Shown: in pieces, positions 22,117 through 33,696 of the stretch
Layout: every line of letters starts with the position of its first letter
Position numbering within the stretch: the stretch's first letter is position 1
Assembly (NCBI GenBank): GCA_964019335.1
Contig: OZ025727.1
Location: 1 to 64,000 of the forward strand
Direction: 5' to 3'
From: Diplonema japonicum
Lineage: Eukaryota > Protista > Euglenozoa: Diplonemea
DNA length: 64,000 nt
The notes under the pieces: generated by a model
Database searches by the model: none
What the model saw: the letters and a program-made list of their open reading frames with translations, nothing else
What the model was told of the DNA's origin: nothing
Made by a program: the position numbers and the translations under genes

Positions 22117-23877
22117 CCCATAACACTCCAAGGCGCAAATATTTGTCGTTTTGAAAAATCGTTTTTTTCTCTAAGTACTTTTTCGTCCCCACGACCCCTG
22201 GATCTCCAAGAACGACTATAGCGAGGAGTTATTTTTAACTGCAATTCATCACTTTACCTTGTTATCCACCCACCAAGTGGGTCCCAAATCCGAGTAGATA
22301 GGCTAAAAACGAAAAATAACGGGTGTGCATACTGTGCCCAAATTGTTCCCAAAAAACGCAAAGGTAAAGCCAAAACAGCTACGGACGAGGTCCAACCTTC
22401 ATGGGTAAGGGAGTTGGTACCCATAGAGACCATAAAATAGGCCAGTGGGGAGAAAAAAAGCTGTCCCGTGGTACGCAGCAACCTGACGACGCAAAATGGT
22501 TATTCCTTCGGTTTTTTTATAAGAAGCTAACAGACGTCATCCAAGAAGAGACAAACAAGCAAAAGGGCGCTGAGATTGATAAAATTTCGACCCAGGACTC
22601 CACCGCTTACTCGGATTGAGCATTGCGATGGGTTTACGGCGTGCCCAGAATCAGCAGTCGTATTGGTCCACAAAATCCCCCTTTTCAGTAACACGATGCC
22701 CAGGAGACGCTGCTGGAAAATCAAAAGTAGCCTCCACTTCACTCACACAGAAGAGTCAAACGGTGATGTGTTGTGAAGATACGAGGGTTTCTGGACAGAA
22801 TTAGTGACAAGTGGGCAAAAGCAGCAGTACCAGGAAAATAATTAAGCATTGACGAGACACTCGTACCTTCACGGGGCAATTGGGGGCTGCGGGTCTACTG
22901 TCCTTTCAAGCGTAAAAGATATGGCATAAAAATCTACTGCCTAAACTGCGTGAGCACGGGTTATCTTTTGCGTTTTCACATCCACGCCACCAAAATCGAG
23001 GGGCACGCACTTGAAGATTTCAGTGTTGTGGAAAAAGCGGGGCTGGGGTTAACAGAGCCTTTCCGGGGAAATGACAACACGGTAGCTTGCGATAGCTACT
23101 TTTCGACTGTGGGTCTGGCCGAAGCCCTGTGAAAGAACTGTGAGGGGCTTGCATTTCGTTGGGTGTTGCGGACTCTTCTGGTGGACCCTAGAAGTGACAA
23201 TAGTTAACTGCCATGCACTTCAAATAAAATATGGTTCAGGGATGCCAAAGAGATACACAACCCTGGCTGCTTTAAAGAGCGCTTTCGAGAGAGCCTAATT
23301 TGATGGGTCCAGCGTTGCAAAAGCACCACTCCCGGCACCCAACTAGTGGTGCACACACACCCGATACCCCAGATTACACCAAACGTGACCGCTAGCCACT
23401 CAAAGGGGGCACCTCCAGGGTCTGCAGGTTGAAAGAATGCACAAAACGCACAATCTACAAGTGCTACACCTGAAACCAACACCTCTGTCCAAATAAGTGC
23501 TTTTTTCGTACCACTCCATCACCCCAAAAAGGCCTCTTGACGATTTCGAGGCCGATATTCCACCCGCAAATAGGCACTTCTCTCGGTCTGAGACATCTGA
23601 GGGGTCCTGATGCTGCCTTTTTTGTCCCAGGATGCTCAATTTACACCCCCCCGTGCACAACCCATTTTGACATGGTCGTTTTTGAGCACCCTACGGCCAT
23701 TCAACTCTTCATCCCCTTTGTATTTTTATTAATTTTTGAACTTTTTTTTTAATTTTCCTGGTCCAAAAAACCCGTTTTACCTGCAAACGGGGGTTGAATG
23801 CTGCCATTTTCCCCCTCAAATTATGAAAAGGAGCAAAAAAGGGACCCCTATGTAGATAGGCCCCGGAGTGTTATGGG
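22117..23877 (+). mobile_element. Degenerate piggyBac (PGBD-like) transposon, second family
   Basis: TTAA|CCCATAACACTCC...GGAGTGTTATGGG|TTAA. Remnants LSIDETLVP.RG, KRYGIKIYCL and VACDSYFSTV.LA, with stops and frameshifts. Confidence 0.92.
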
Positions 23878-24221
23878 TTAATGAGATTTATTTCAAGAGG
23901 TAACATAAATTTTTCATTGATACGTGGATGATGGTGGCGTTCGTTTTACTCCTCAGTCTTTCTTCGTTGGTCGTAAGAAAACAAAAAAAAAAAAAGTAGT
24001 ACCCAGACGCTACCTGCAGAGAGATACGCCAGTTACAAATCGCGAGTAAATAGCCACTCGAACCGAGAAGGGGAGGGAGGGTTTGAAATAAATGTTAGAG
24101 CCTCTGACCCACCCGTGAACGGTGATTCCTCTTTTTTTTTTTTTTTTAAATCGGCTACAACTCCTGATGACCTCAGTCTATGTAGCCCGAACCGTTTTGC
24201 CCTTTTTCTGCAAAAATAAAG

Positions 24222-24445
24222 AAAGAAATATGACTTTGGTTGCTTCATAAACCGCCTGGCGTACGAGCAACTTCTTAACCGCGCTAGCGGATGTTGCTAC
24301 CCTTCTGTGCTGAAGGATGCATCGCTGCGGGAAGGGTGGACTGCGTTCTGGTAGGTTGTTGTGCTCTGTAGTCAGGCACGAAGGGGTCGGACCACTCTTT
24401 TCTCTGTGCAGTCGGTACTGCGCATTGTCTTTCAAGTATTTCGCA
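24222..24445. repeat. Dispersed repeat of about 223 bp, copy 1
   Basis: Near-identical to 30271-30493. Confidence 0.92.
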
Positions 24446-25457
24446 CAAAGAAAAAAGAGGAAGAAAAAGAGGGGAAAAAAAGAGAGAGAAAAAAAAACCC
24501 CCCCTCAGACACAAGCGGCTCTTTCCAAAACAGTGATGAAAGAAAAAAAATAGGAGGGGGGGGGAAAAAAAAAAGAAGGGTTTAGACACATTTTGTAGAA
24601 TTTTGAAACAAAAATATCTCGCGTTCAAAAGAAAAAGAAGAAAAAAAAACTAACATTTCAGTGTGCATTGGGGGTGCTCACCGTTCAAGAAATTCTCACT
24701 ATAATCAGTCGCCGTTTTCTGCGATTTCTGTCTGGTACCTGCGGCGTGGAAGAAAGGGAGAAAAATAAATAAAACTATTCTAACCAGCCTCCCCGCGCTC
24801 AAAAAAAAAAGAGAAAAAAGAGAAAAAAAAAGAGGAGGACAGCAGGCTACCTACAGAGAGAATTTCATAGGACAAACAATTACACTAGTCTTAAGGCTGC
24901 AGCCAAGTAGGTGTGGACGACAGCTTTAAAAACCTTGACAAGGTTAAGATGTCCCTGTCCCTCCTGCCTATTCCAAGCTGTTGTGGCCATGGGTTGGCAA
25001 TAGGTGGCAGGGGTTTATTACAAAAACAAAGCGATGTGGGGGGGGGGGGGGGGTAGATAAAAATTTATAACGTACCATAGTTCTCTCTGCTTCCCTGAAA
25101 GAAGTAAGAAGAAGAAAAGAAATTCATTTTCGCAACCTACTGACCAGGGTCGAAATTTCGTAATGTGAGTCCGTCCACAGGAAGTGTGCACTTTTGAATA
25201 CAAAGTGAGACGGCTGCGACTTGCGCAGCACTCACGTGATGATCACGGGGACCTGGATGCTGATGCCTCATCGTTATATGAAAAACCCTGGTTTGACAAC
25301 TTACTGTGGACGGACTGCCGAGCAAAGAAAAGAAGAAAGGGAGGAATCGAAGGGATTTAAGAAAAAGAGTTCGATGTAGGGGGGGGGGGGGGGGGGGATA
25401 ATAGTTTTAAAAACTTGTCATCTCGTTGGTTCCTATTGTGTGTGTTTTTTTTCTTTT

Positions 25458-25492
<35 letters not shown>

Positions 25493-25801
25493 GGTTTATT
25501 AGAGCAAAGAAACGAGGAAGAAGAAAAAAAAAGAAGAAAAAAAAATGAAGACAAGTTTCTAGTTATCATTTTTTTTTTTTGATGAGAAGACCTCCTTGCT
25601 TGGCTTTAAAAAAAAAAAAAAAAAGAAGAAAAAAGACAAAAAAGGATGACAAGTTTCTAGTTATCATTTTCTTTTTGAATACTGGATTTGCGATTATTAT
25701 GTACTATGAAAAGTCCCAAATTGCCTCACACGGTTTTGCGGAATCGTCGTAATAAACGTTAAGATTAGTGCGAGACAAAGGAAGCCGGGGCTGTGGCTGT
25801 G

Positions 25802-25904
25802 GCTTCTTCCGCGTTCCGCGTCGTGTCCTTAATGCGCAGTGCAGCTCAACCCAGCCGGGGCACCCCAGGTAACCAAGATTTTGCGCTTGTGCAATTTGCT
25901 GCCT
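25802..25904 (-). repeat. Fragment of the LINE-like family at 41224-41520
   Basis: GCTTCTTCyGCGTTCCGCGTCGTGTCCTTAATGCG...GGTAACCAAGATT...TTTGCTGCCT is shared with 41309-41418. Confidence 0.8.
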
Positions 25905-26425
25905 ATTAATGCGGGATATGGAAACTTCAAAATAGGGGCACAGAATTTAGCCCTGTATTGCCTTGATACCTTCTTACACCCCAATGTGGTTCTGAGAGCT
26001 TTTCACCCAACAGAACTGAGCGGGGGGGGGGGGGGGGGGGGGGGGGTTAGATACACTTCTTCTTATTTTCTTTTCGTCAGAAAAGTTTCACAGTGTGCCC
26101 CAAAAAAATCCGAATAGGTACATAAACCTTCGCAGTACATAATAATCTCAAAATCCTGTAAGTTTTTCTCGCTCTTTTTTTTATTTTTGAAAAAGAGTTT
26201 TCCGGAGCGAGATGCAACACACAGGGCCGCAACAGGAGAGTGGTCAAAAAAGAAATGACGATCGCAAAACTGCTGACCCTCGGCACCCCCCTTTTTTTTT
26301 TCTTCTCTCTTTTTTTTTTTTTAAGAGAGGGTAAGGGGGGGAAACAACTCCCTCCGTCGAAAAGAGATACAACAACAAAAAGGAGGGGGGGGGGGGGGGG
26401 GGGGGGGGGAAGCTCCCTCCCAGCT

Positions 26426-28849
26426 CTACATCCTCAAAGGGTTCTGCAGTTGATACCACTCTGGAGGCGGGTCTTCAGGCGTGATGCGCAATCCGCAGTA
26501 AGAAGGTACCGGCAGCACCAACCGTTTCTCCATTATTTTAATAACCTTGGGGAGCATGGGGTCAGTGGCTGACATGCTGTGCAGGAGGTGAAGATCACCA
26601 GAGAAGAAAACATCCTTGTAGTAATCCGACCACTCCACAGGTATGGGGCCGTCAAAGAGATCCCAGACCCCGTGGGATGAAGAGAAGGTTGACATGTTCA
26701 CCTCGTAAACAGAAACACCATCCCAGTCATCAATCGGACGGGTGTGCTGGCTGAGAGAAGGATCGAAAGCAGCGCATTGGTTACCAGCAACGAGACACGG
26801 TGTAAGTAAAATCTTTGCAGACTCTGACAAGCCCACAGCAAGCTCCACAACGTCGGAGATCACAGTGAACAGTTTTTGCCGTTTGCTCCCCAAGGCACCG
26901 TGCACAGCTGACCCTGTGGCGATGCCGCACCAATTGTGTCCACGCCATACAGTTGCCCCAAGCGATTTAAACAAAGCCGAAGCAAAGTTCATAGATTGCG
27001 ACACATGCATTGCACACGGTTTGCTGGCGTTCCAAGAGACGGATATCCAGCCGCTCAAGAGCGACCCCACCAGCCCTTCAGAACGGTCCACACATTCTGT
27101 TATAATCGATAACAACTTATTAGCAGTTGGTGACGCTTCCTCGCACCGCTGCATGACACCAAAATCAATCTTCAGCACCGCAATGCTGCACACGGCATGC
27201 GCTAGCTTGTTGTCGTTGACAGGGCCCACCAGATACCGAAGCGACGGGATCGAAGAGACGGACTGCTCCACAGGCAGAAGCGTGTGCAGTTGTTGTCTGC
27301 GGTTCTCGAATAATAGAAGCATCTCGGGCTGCCGTCCCTCAAGCTTCCTCGGTAGGACAAGGTGCAGCACCGTGTCGCCGAGCCCCTTCAAATCCCACGT
27401 CCCTATGCCGACGATGAACGGATTTTCTAAATCTATTAAATCTGTCGGGGTAAGGCTGCTCAAGACACTATCCGTAATGGCGATGGCGCCGCCGACAGAG
27501 GCATTTTCAACCCTCGCTGCCTTGTTCACCACGGGGCCCAGATAGTCGGCTCGTCGTGTCACCGGATTCATTTCAAATTTTGGGACACCTGTGTGTATGC
27601 CTATCCGGACGCGGAGCCCGTTCCAGCAATCCATTGCCGTGCACAAAGGGTATTCCAGCAACCCTTCCGGCCAGGTGTTTTCATACAGCCTGACCTGAGC
27701 TGTCAGGCTGAACATCATAGCGTCCTTTGCCGTGTCGAAGGCCACCATGAAGGCATCGCCTATCGTCTTCACCTCATACCCGTCTGACTCGTGAATGGCT
27801 TGGCGCATGACTGTGTTGTGATCGTGCATCGCCTCCCTCATGAAGGTGGGGTACCCCTCCCAGATGTCTGTTGATGCCTGGATGTCGGTGAAAACGATTG
27901 TGCAGGGACCACCGTTGGAGCATGGGGGGTTGAGCCTCGGCGGCATGGGAGAGTAGTCACTTCGAAGTGTGCTGAAGAGTGCCTCAGGGAGGTATGGTTT
28001 GTATAATTTCAGATTGCCCAGAAGCGTGCGGAATGCAACGGACAGCTCGTCCTGGTTCGACCCCACGAGCCGCGAGGCTGTGTCTAGGTCAAACCTCGCC
28101 AACGCTGATGCGATCTGCTCCGCGAGAACCACAGAGGCGGCTGACTTTTCCTGCTCATCCCGCATGCCAAACGCGAATTTTCGCGTCATCGTAAAGTCCA
28201 ACAGCAACACCAAGCACCTTATGAACATCACCGTTATAGTCCAGTTCAAATCTTCGGTGGGTCTCGGATGTATGTCCCCAACCCAGCTCGAAGGGACCGA
28301 CTCATAGAGCCCCAAACCCACACCTTCCTCAACCGTTTTGATCATTACGTATATGGTCGCCATGGTGCATGCTATGTAAGCTGCCATGGGTCGGCAATTT
28401 GTTAAAAGTAGCCCGTCCATCAAGAGGACGACCAAGGACCACATGTCTTCTCGTCCGAAGCCGAAGAAGTCGCCGACGATGGCCATTAGGAACCCGCCCG
28501 AAAGCAGCGCCACCTCGAGGAGGAGCAAGGGGATGGATTTGGTGGCGACCGAGTAAGAGGCAACCACGACGCCGATCATAGCACGGATGGTGTTCAGGAT
28601 GAACCAAAACCACTTTCCTTCATAGGCCCTCACGAGCGCGAAGCCGAACTGGTTGATGATGATAATTACTGTGAGTGGGAAAATAACGTTTTTTCTAGTC
28701 CGTTCGATTGCCGTGTCTGTATCCTTCTCCACTGCACTCATAAACCATCGCCACACGGTAGTTCTCTTTTTCTCAAACGCCTGTCCACTGTGCAGTGAGC
28801 TCCCACCATGCGGGTCGCTGAAAGCGCCAACCGGTGGGGTCGGTGTCAT
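26426..28849 (-). CDS. Multi-TM receptor-type adenylate cyclase (intact class III domain plus a degenerate second cyclase domain)
   Basis: IVFTDIQAST, YEVKTIGDAFMVAF, LRVRIGIHTG and DYLGPVVNKAARVE motifs; about 6 TM helices. The first in-frame ATG is at 28849. Confidence 0.92.
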   Translation of the reverse strand: MTPTPPVGAFSDPHGGSSLHSGQAFEKKRTTVWRWFMSAVEKDTDTAIERTRKNVIFPLTVIIIINQFGFALVRAYEGKWFWFILNTIRAMIGVVVASYSVATKSIPLLLLEVALLSGGFLMAIVGDFFGFGREDMWSLVVLLMDGLLLTNCRPMAAYIACTMATIYVMIKTVEEGVGLGLYESVPSSWVGDIHPRPTEDLNWTITVMFIRCLVLLLDFTMTRKFAFGMRDEQEKSAASVVLAEQIASALARFDLDTASRLVGSNQDELSVAFRTLLGNLKLYKPYLPEALFSTLRSDYSPMPPRLNPPCSNGGPCTIVFTDIQASTDIWEGYPTFMREAMHDHNTVMRQAIHESDGYEVKTIGDAFMVAFDTAKDAMMFSLTAQVRLYENTWPEGLLEYPLCTAMDCWNGLRVRIGIHTGVPKFEMNPVTRRADYLGPVVNKAARVENASVGGAIAITDSVLSSLTPTDLIDLENPFIVGIGTWDLKGLGDTVLHLVLPRKLEGRQPEMLLLFENRRQQLHTLLPVEQSVSSIPSLRYLVGPVNDNKLAHAVCSIAVLKIDFGVMQRCEEASPTANKLLSIITECVDRSEGLVGSLLSGWISVSWNASKPCAMHVSQSMNFASALFKSLGATVWRGHNWCGIATGSAVHGALGSKRQKLFTVISDVVELAVGLSESAKILLTPCLVAGNQCAAFDPSLSQHTRPIDDWDGVSVYEVNMSTFSSSHGVWDLFDGPIPVEWSDYYKDVFFSGDLHLLHSMSATDPMLPKVIKIMEKRLVLPVPSYCGLRITPEDPPPEWYQLQNPLRM

Positions 28850-29989
28850 TGATGCTGGCCCCACCCACTCCCACTCCCACCCCCCTGTTTGTGGGTTTAG
28901 TATAAATGAAATTCATGCTTAAAGAAACAGATTGATATGGGTCAACGAAAAAGATAAGAGGAATGTACGGTTTCGGTCTACGTACTTTATCCCTCCTTCT
29001 TTCTTTTTTGTACCGGGGGATGGGGGCACGGGGAGGTCCAGCTTTCAGCAGTTTTTTTTTTCTCTTACAGCGTGCCCCGTTTTCCCCTGACAGAAAAGAA
29101 AAACAAAAAAAATGAGAGACTACAAATTCTCCTTGTTCCACTTTTCTTTGTCCCCCCCCCCCCCCTTTCTTCGTTTATTTTCCATTAAATATTGGAGTGC
29201 TAGCAAAAAAGAAAAAGGGAGAGAAGGGTAAAATGATGTTCTATCAAAGATTAACATAACAAGAGAAAAGAAAAAAGGGGCAGCATCCAAATCTAAGCGA
29301 ACAACTGACTTAACACAACAAACGGGGCGGGGGGCGGAAATCACATACACGATTTGCTTCAGATTACCTGCCCAGTGGCAGGCATGAGGCAGCGAACAAC
29401 ATAAAAAAAAAGAGGAAAGAGAAAAAACCCCAGTTCTCGTATCGCCAACCCCCCCATTGAATATTCACGCCTAAAAGTTGGGCAGCTTTGTCTTTTAAGC
29501 CAAAAGGCCCCATAGAAAGGTGATCATGAGGATTGAAAAAGAAAGGTAAGATTGGTACTTCGACTATTGGGCAAATAACTTGACATACATCAACATATAT
29601 ATAGAGAACACTGGAATGAATGTCAGTGAGGAGAAAGTGGTACAGTGGGATATGGTATCCCGCGACACACTGTGTTCCTCTTTTTGTCAGCGTGGAAGGG
29701 TTGCTGTTTTTTTTTTTTTTTTTTTTTTTTTTTCATTCTTTTATTCAGGACAGGAACACAAATTATTACCCTGAGGGCCTCGAGGCAAAGTATACTTGCG
29801 CAGTAAAAAGCTGCTGTAATATCTCTTAATTTCTCCCGGGAAAAAAAAGGGGTACCCCCCAAAAAAGAAAAAAAAAAAAAAAGGAAAAAAAAAACTGGCG
29901 TTCAAATCCAGGATACTAAAATTAGAATAAAAACGCTGTTTTTCCCGGACAGACATTAAAAGATATACAGTATTCTTTTATTTCGGTTT

Positions 29990-30024
<35 letters not shown>

Positions 30025-30270
30025 CAAATTAACATGCAAGTTCCCTGAGACGAAAGCCGCATGCCCTAAAAGGGAGGGGGTATGGTCAGTACTAGGTATC
30101 TCTCAGTTTCGGTCAAATCTCGCGACTCCTCCAGGTGCTGACCTCTTCAGGCGAGAGGCAGTACTTTTCCCGACCAGTCTTCGCGTTTGCTCTGTGGACA
30201 AGGCTATGGAAGAGCCAGGTCCTTAGCTCCCGCGGGGAAAAAAAAAACCCCGAAAAACTAATGGGGGGAA

Positions 30271-30493
30271 AAAGAAATATGACTTTGGTTGCTTCATAAA
30301 CCGCCTGGCGTACGAGCAACTTCTTAACCGCGCTAGCGGATGTTGCTACCCTTCTGTGCTGAAGGATGCATGGCTGCGGGAGGGTGGACTGCGTTCTGGT
30401 AGGTTGTTGTGCTCTGTAGTCAGGCACGAAGGGGTCGGACCACTCTTTTCTCTGTGCAGTCAGTACTGCGCATTGTCTTTCAAGTATTTCGCA
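30271..30493. repeat. Dispersed repeat of about 223 bp, copy 2
   Basis: Near-identical to 24222-24445 (a few single-base differences). Confidence 0.92.
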
Positions 30494-30808
30494 AGAATAG
30501 CGAAAAACTGAAAATAGATTTCAGACTAGTGGAGGGCGGGGAGGGGAGGGAAGTCGGCCTAGCTGGCTCATTCTCGAAAGAAAAATATGGTGTGTGGAGG
30601 TAAAAAAAAAGGCCAGCACGCATGAAAACCCCCGAGAAACACTGGATAAGAGATAAAAAATAACGAAAAACTACTACACAGTGGCGGAGCCCGAAGGACG
30701 TAAAAAGAAGAAACCTTTTTTTCGAAAGGCTTCGTCGCTTGCCCAGTTAGATCCTTACGCTGTACTCGGATACAAAAAGAAAGAGAAGGAAAAAAAAGAT
30801 GTCTTTGA

Positions 30809-30839
30809 AGGGAACCTGCGGTATGTGACAGGATCGCCT
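30809..30839 (-). repeat. Isolated 3'-terminal stem-loop of the retroposon family
   Basis: AGGGAACCTGCGGTATGTGACAGGATCGCCT; also at 16952, 41228 and 56739. Confidence 0.7.
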
Positions 30840-31044
30840 TTAAAAGAAAAGAAAAGAAAAAGAGGAACTGGCCGTTGTTTGTACGTGCCGGGTAAAACCT
30901 GGAGAAGTTTGTCAACCCGAAACACGTTGCCAACGTTCCCCTTTTGTTTAGACAAGTCAAAGACTCGTTCTTGCAAAAAAAAAAAAAAAAAAAAAGAACA
31001 GCGTTGTTGTGCTACGATCTTCTTTTCTTTCTTTCATTATTTTT

Positions 31045-31080
<36 letters not shown>

Positions 31081-31222
31081 CGTATATCACGCAAACAGGA
31101 AAGAACATTTACCTTTTCTTGGTACCAGAAAGAAAGGTGGGAAGTTGGCATTAAAAACGCAAGCTCCATGGTGGCTCTCCAAAAATAGGTGAAACGGTGG
31201 GCTTTAAGGAAGTGATTTTCGC

Positions 31223-32641
31223 TCATCCCTCACACACGTCATCTATCTGCACTTCGTAAAACCTCGAAAGATCCTCAAGTGCATCCTCTGCTTCGCCAGG
31301 GGTACTAGCTGTGCAGACCATCCAACCCAACGCTTTAAAACCCACAGGTGGGGTTTCGATCCTGTCCCCCGGTGTAAAATACATTGTGGCGCCTGAGAAA
31401 TAAGGCGAATGCACCACATCAAGTGGAATGTCCAACCTTGTGAGCAGCCCTCGAGAGGGCGGCCTGAAATTCGTGGACGACGCGTAAGAAAGAGGAGTCT
31501 CATGGGGACAACGGCGGGGCTCCTTGGAACACGCGAGGAGAACGTAGTTCCGTGCTATGTTGTACCCCCACACAGTCTTGTTCAAACAGTCTGTCTCTGC
31601 AGCCCCCATTCGAAGGTTTGCTTCTATGATGTAACTCTGCCGCTTCACAGGGTCGTACTTCGCCTCGTAGTGCATTGCGGTGTTCATCTCAACCCCGAAA
31701 CTTTGTACAAATCTTTCAAGCTGATCCATAATGATCCCCTGCGCGTCTTCCGGCAGGCGGGACGGCGCTATACCACCTGTTTCGCAGAAATAAGGCGGGC
31801 TCACTGGACGGTTGTCACTAATCTTTGCGTATATGATCTCCCCCTTTCGGATGATGCAGTCGATGTCAACCTCTTGCCCTTCAATGTACTCCTCGCAAAG
31901 GATCTTAACATCAGAAATAACCGACCAGTAGCTGTTGTCGTCCATGTTCGACAGGGAGAATGCTGTTTCGTGCAAATATTTCTGAAGCGAGGCCTCGTCT
32001 TTTATAAGCTCGACAAAGGCGGAACCAGCACCCGGGGTGGGCTTGCACACGATAGGGTAGGTTAAGTTGAACTCTTTTGGGATGTCCTGCTCCTCGTTTG
32101 GGTTGAAAACCCATGACTTTGGTGACGATAGGCCCAGTTTTTCGCAGTGGTCTCGCAGCTTGCTTTTCATGTTGATTATTTTCACATTGTGCTGTGTGGT
32201 GGGGCAGACTGTGTCCATCTTCAGGTGCTCTCCCAACACTGACGCAGCCAGAACACCGTATTCATCGAAGGTAAGCACCCCATCCACTTTGTACCCGCCC
32301 TTCTTTACTTCCTTTTCGACAATCTCACACAGGTTTTCAAGGTTTCTGACATCCGCTTTAATGAACTTCCAAACAACGTCCTTTGCCCACCCGACCTGCT
32401 CGTCCACTAGGATGATCCTCACGCCTGTCTGTGCCAGGTCCTTGTATGTGGCAAGCCGGCTGTAAGAGCTTTTCAAGCACAGGATCACAGTCAGGTTTTC
32501 TAATTCGTTGTCGTCTGGTACCGAGGACCACAAGCAGGCGGAGCCCCCGTGGTTCAGCGGGAGGATGGGGTCGCCTTTGCTGAAAGGGGAAAGCGGCGAT
32601 GCAGGGGTTGAGAGGTCGGAAGAACTGTCTGATTCCGTCAT
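31223..32641 (-). CDS. ATP-grasp ligase (carnosine synthase / L-amino-acid ligase-like)
   Basis: VDGVLTFDEYGV, K..LR, YPIVCKP..GAGS..V, LCEEYIEGQEVDID, ETGG..PSRL and IIEANLRMG motifs. Confidence 0.9.
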   Translation of the reverse strand: MTESDSSSDLSTPASPLSPFSKGDPILPLNHGGSACLWSSVPDDNELENLTVILCLKSSYSRLATYKDLAQTGVRIILVDEQVGWAKDVVWKFIKADVRNLENLCEIVEKEVKKGGYKVDGVLTFDEYGVLAASVLGEHLKMDTVCPTTQHNVKIINMKSKLRDHCEKLGLSSPKSWVFNPNEEQDIPKEFNLTYPIVCKPTPGAGSAFVELIKDEASLQKYLHETAFSLSNMDDNSYWSVISDVKILCEEYIEGQEVDIDCIIRKGEIIYAKISDNRPVSPPYFCETGGIAPSRLPEDAQGIIMDQLERFVQSFGVEMNTAMHYEAKYDPVKRQSYIIEANLRMGAAETDCLNKTVWGYNIARNYVLLACSKEPRRCPHETPLSYASSTNFRPPSRGLLTRLDIPLDVVHSPYFSGATMYFTPGDRIETPPVGFKALGWMVCTASTPGEAEDALEDLSRFYEVQIDDVCEG

Positions 32642-33602
32642 TTTCCCGTCCTTTCCTCCACTTTTTTTTTTTCTTTTTTGTGTGTCAAACTGTTTTTTTT
32701 TTTTTTTTTTTTTTTTTTTCCCTCGCCTCATTCGCGTTTAGATTTCGAAAGACAATAAAAAAGGGAAGAAAAAAATGCACACAGAGGGGGGGATAAAAAA
32801 AAAGCGGGAAAAAAAAAGAGAAAGAAAAGAAAGAAAAAAAAAGAGCTTTTGGGCGGGGAGGGGAGAAAAGGGTGGAGGGGGAGGGAGAAAGGGTGCGGCG
32901 GGGTAGGCTGTCCGCCTCTGTTCTTAATCTTTTCCCCCTTTAGCAAAAGAAATAAACTGAAGAAAAGAATTCGCTGTGGTGGCATCGGGTGCACACAGAC
33001 GGATGATGGCAAGATTCAAAGTCAAGACATAAATAAAGTGGTGTCACACCCCAATGGGGTGGCAGTAAAAAAAAGAAGAAGAAAAAATCAAATGAAAGGG
33101 GGTGGTCAACGGGGGGGGGGGGGGGGACAAAACTTTCTTCCTACGATGACACTCTTTTTTTCTTCTTTTTTCTCGTTTTTTTTTTCTTTTTTTCTTCCAT
33201 TTGTCACCGGGAAAGTCGAAAAGTAGGGAAAACACAATACAAAAAGAAAATGGGGAGAAAAAAGGGGGATAACGCTGGGAGCTATGAGGTGAGAGATGAG
33301 AACAGGAAAAAAGAAAAAGCGAAAAAAAAAAAAAAAAAAAACGTCAGAGGTCGGGAGTGTTGGGCTGGGAGAGGACTTTGGGTGGGAAGGGGAGTTCTAC
33401 GTCACCTGTCTGTCCTCGAAAAGGAATAGATAAAAAAGAAGGGGAAGAAAAAAAAGGAGAGAAAAAAAAAAAGAAAAGAAAAATTGAAAACTATGTCAAA
33501 AGGAGAGGTAAAGGTGACCACTCCCGACATCAAAATTCAATTTTTTGTTTTTCCACCCCCTCCCTCCCTATTTTTCTTTTATTATTCCTTTTCTAATTCG
33601 AA

Positions 33603-33639
<37 letters not shown>

Positions 33640-33696
33640 CTTCTACTTAAAAAATTTACTATAAAAAAAATTTAAATAAAATAAAAAAAAAATCAT

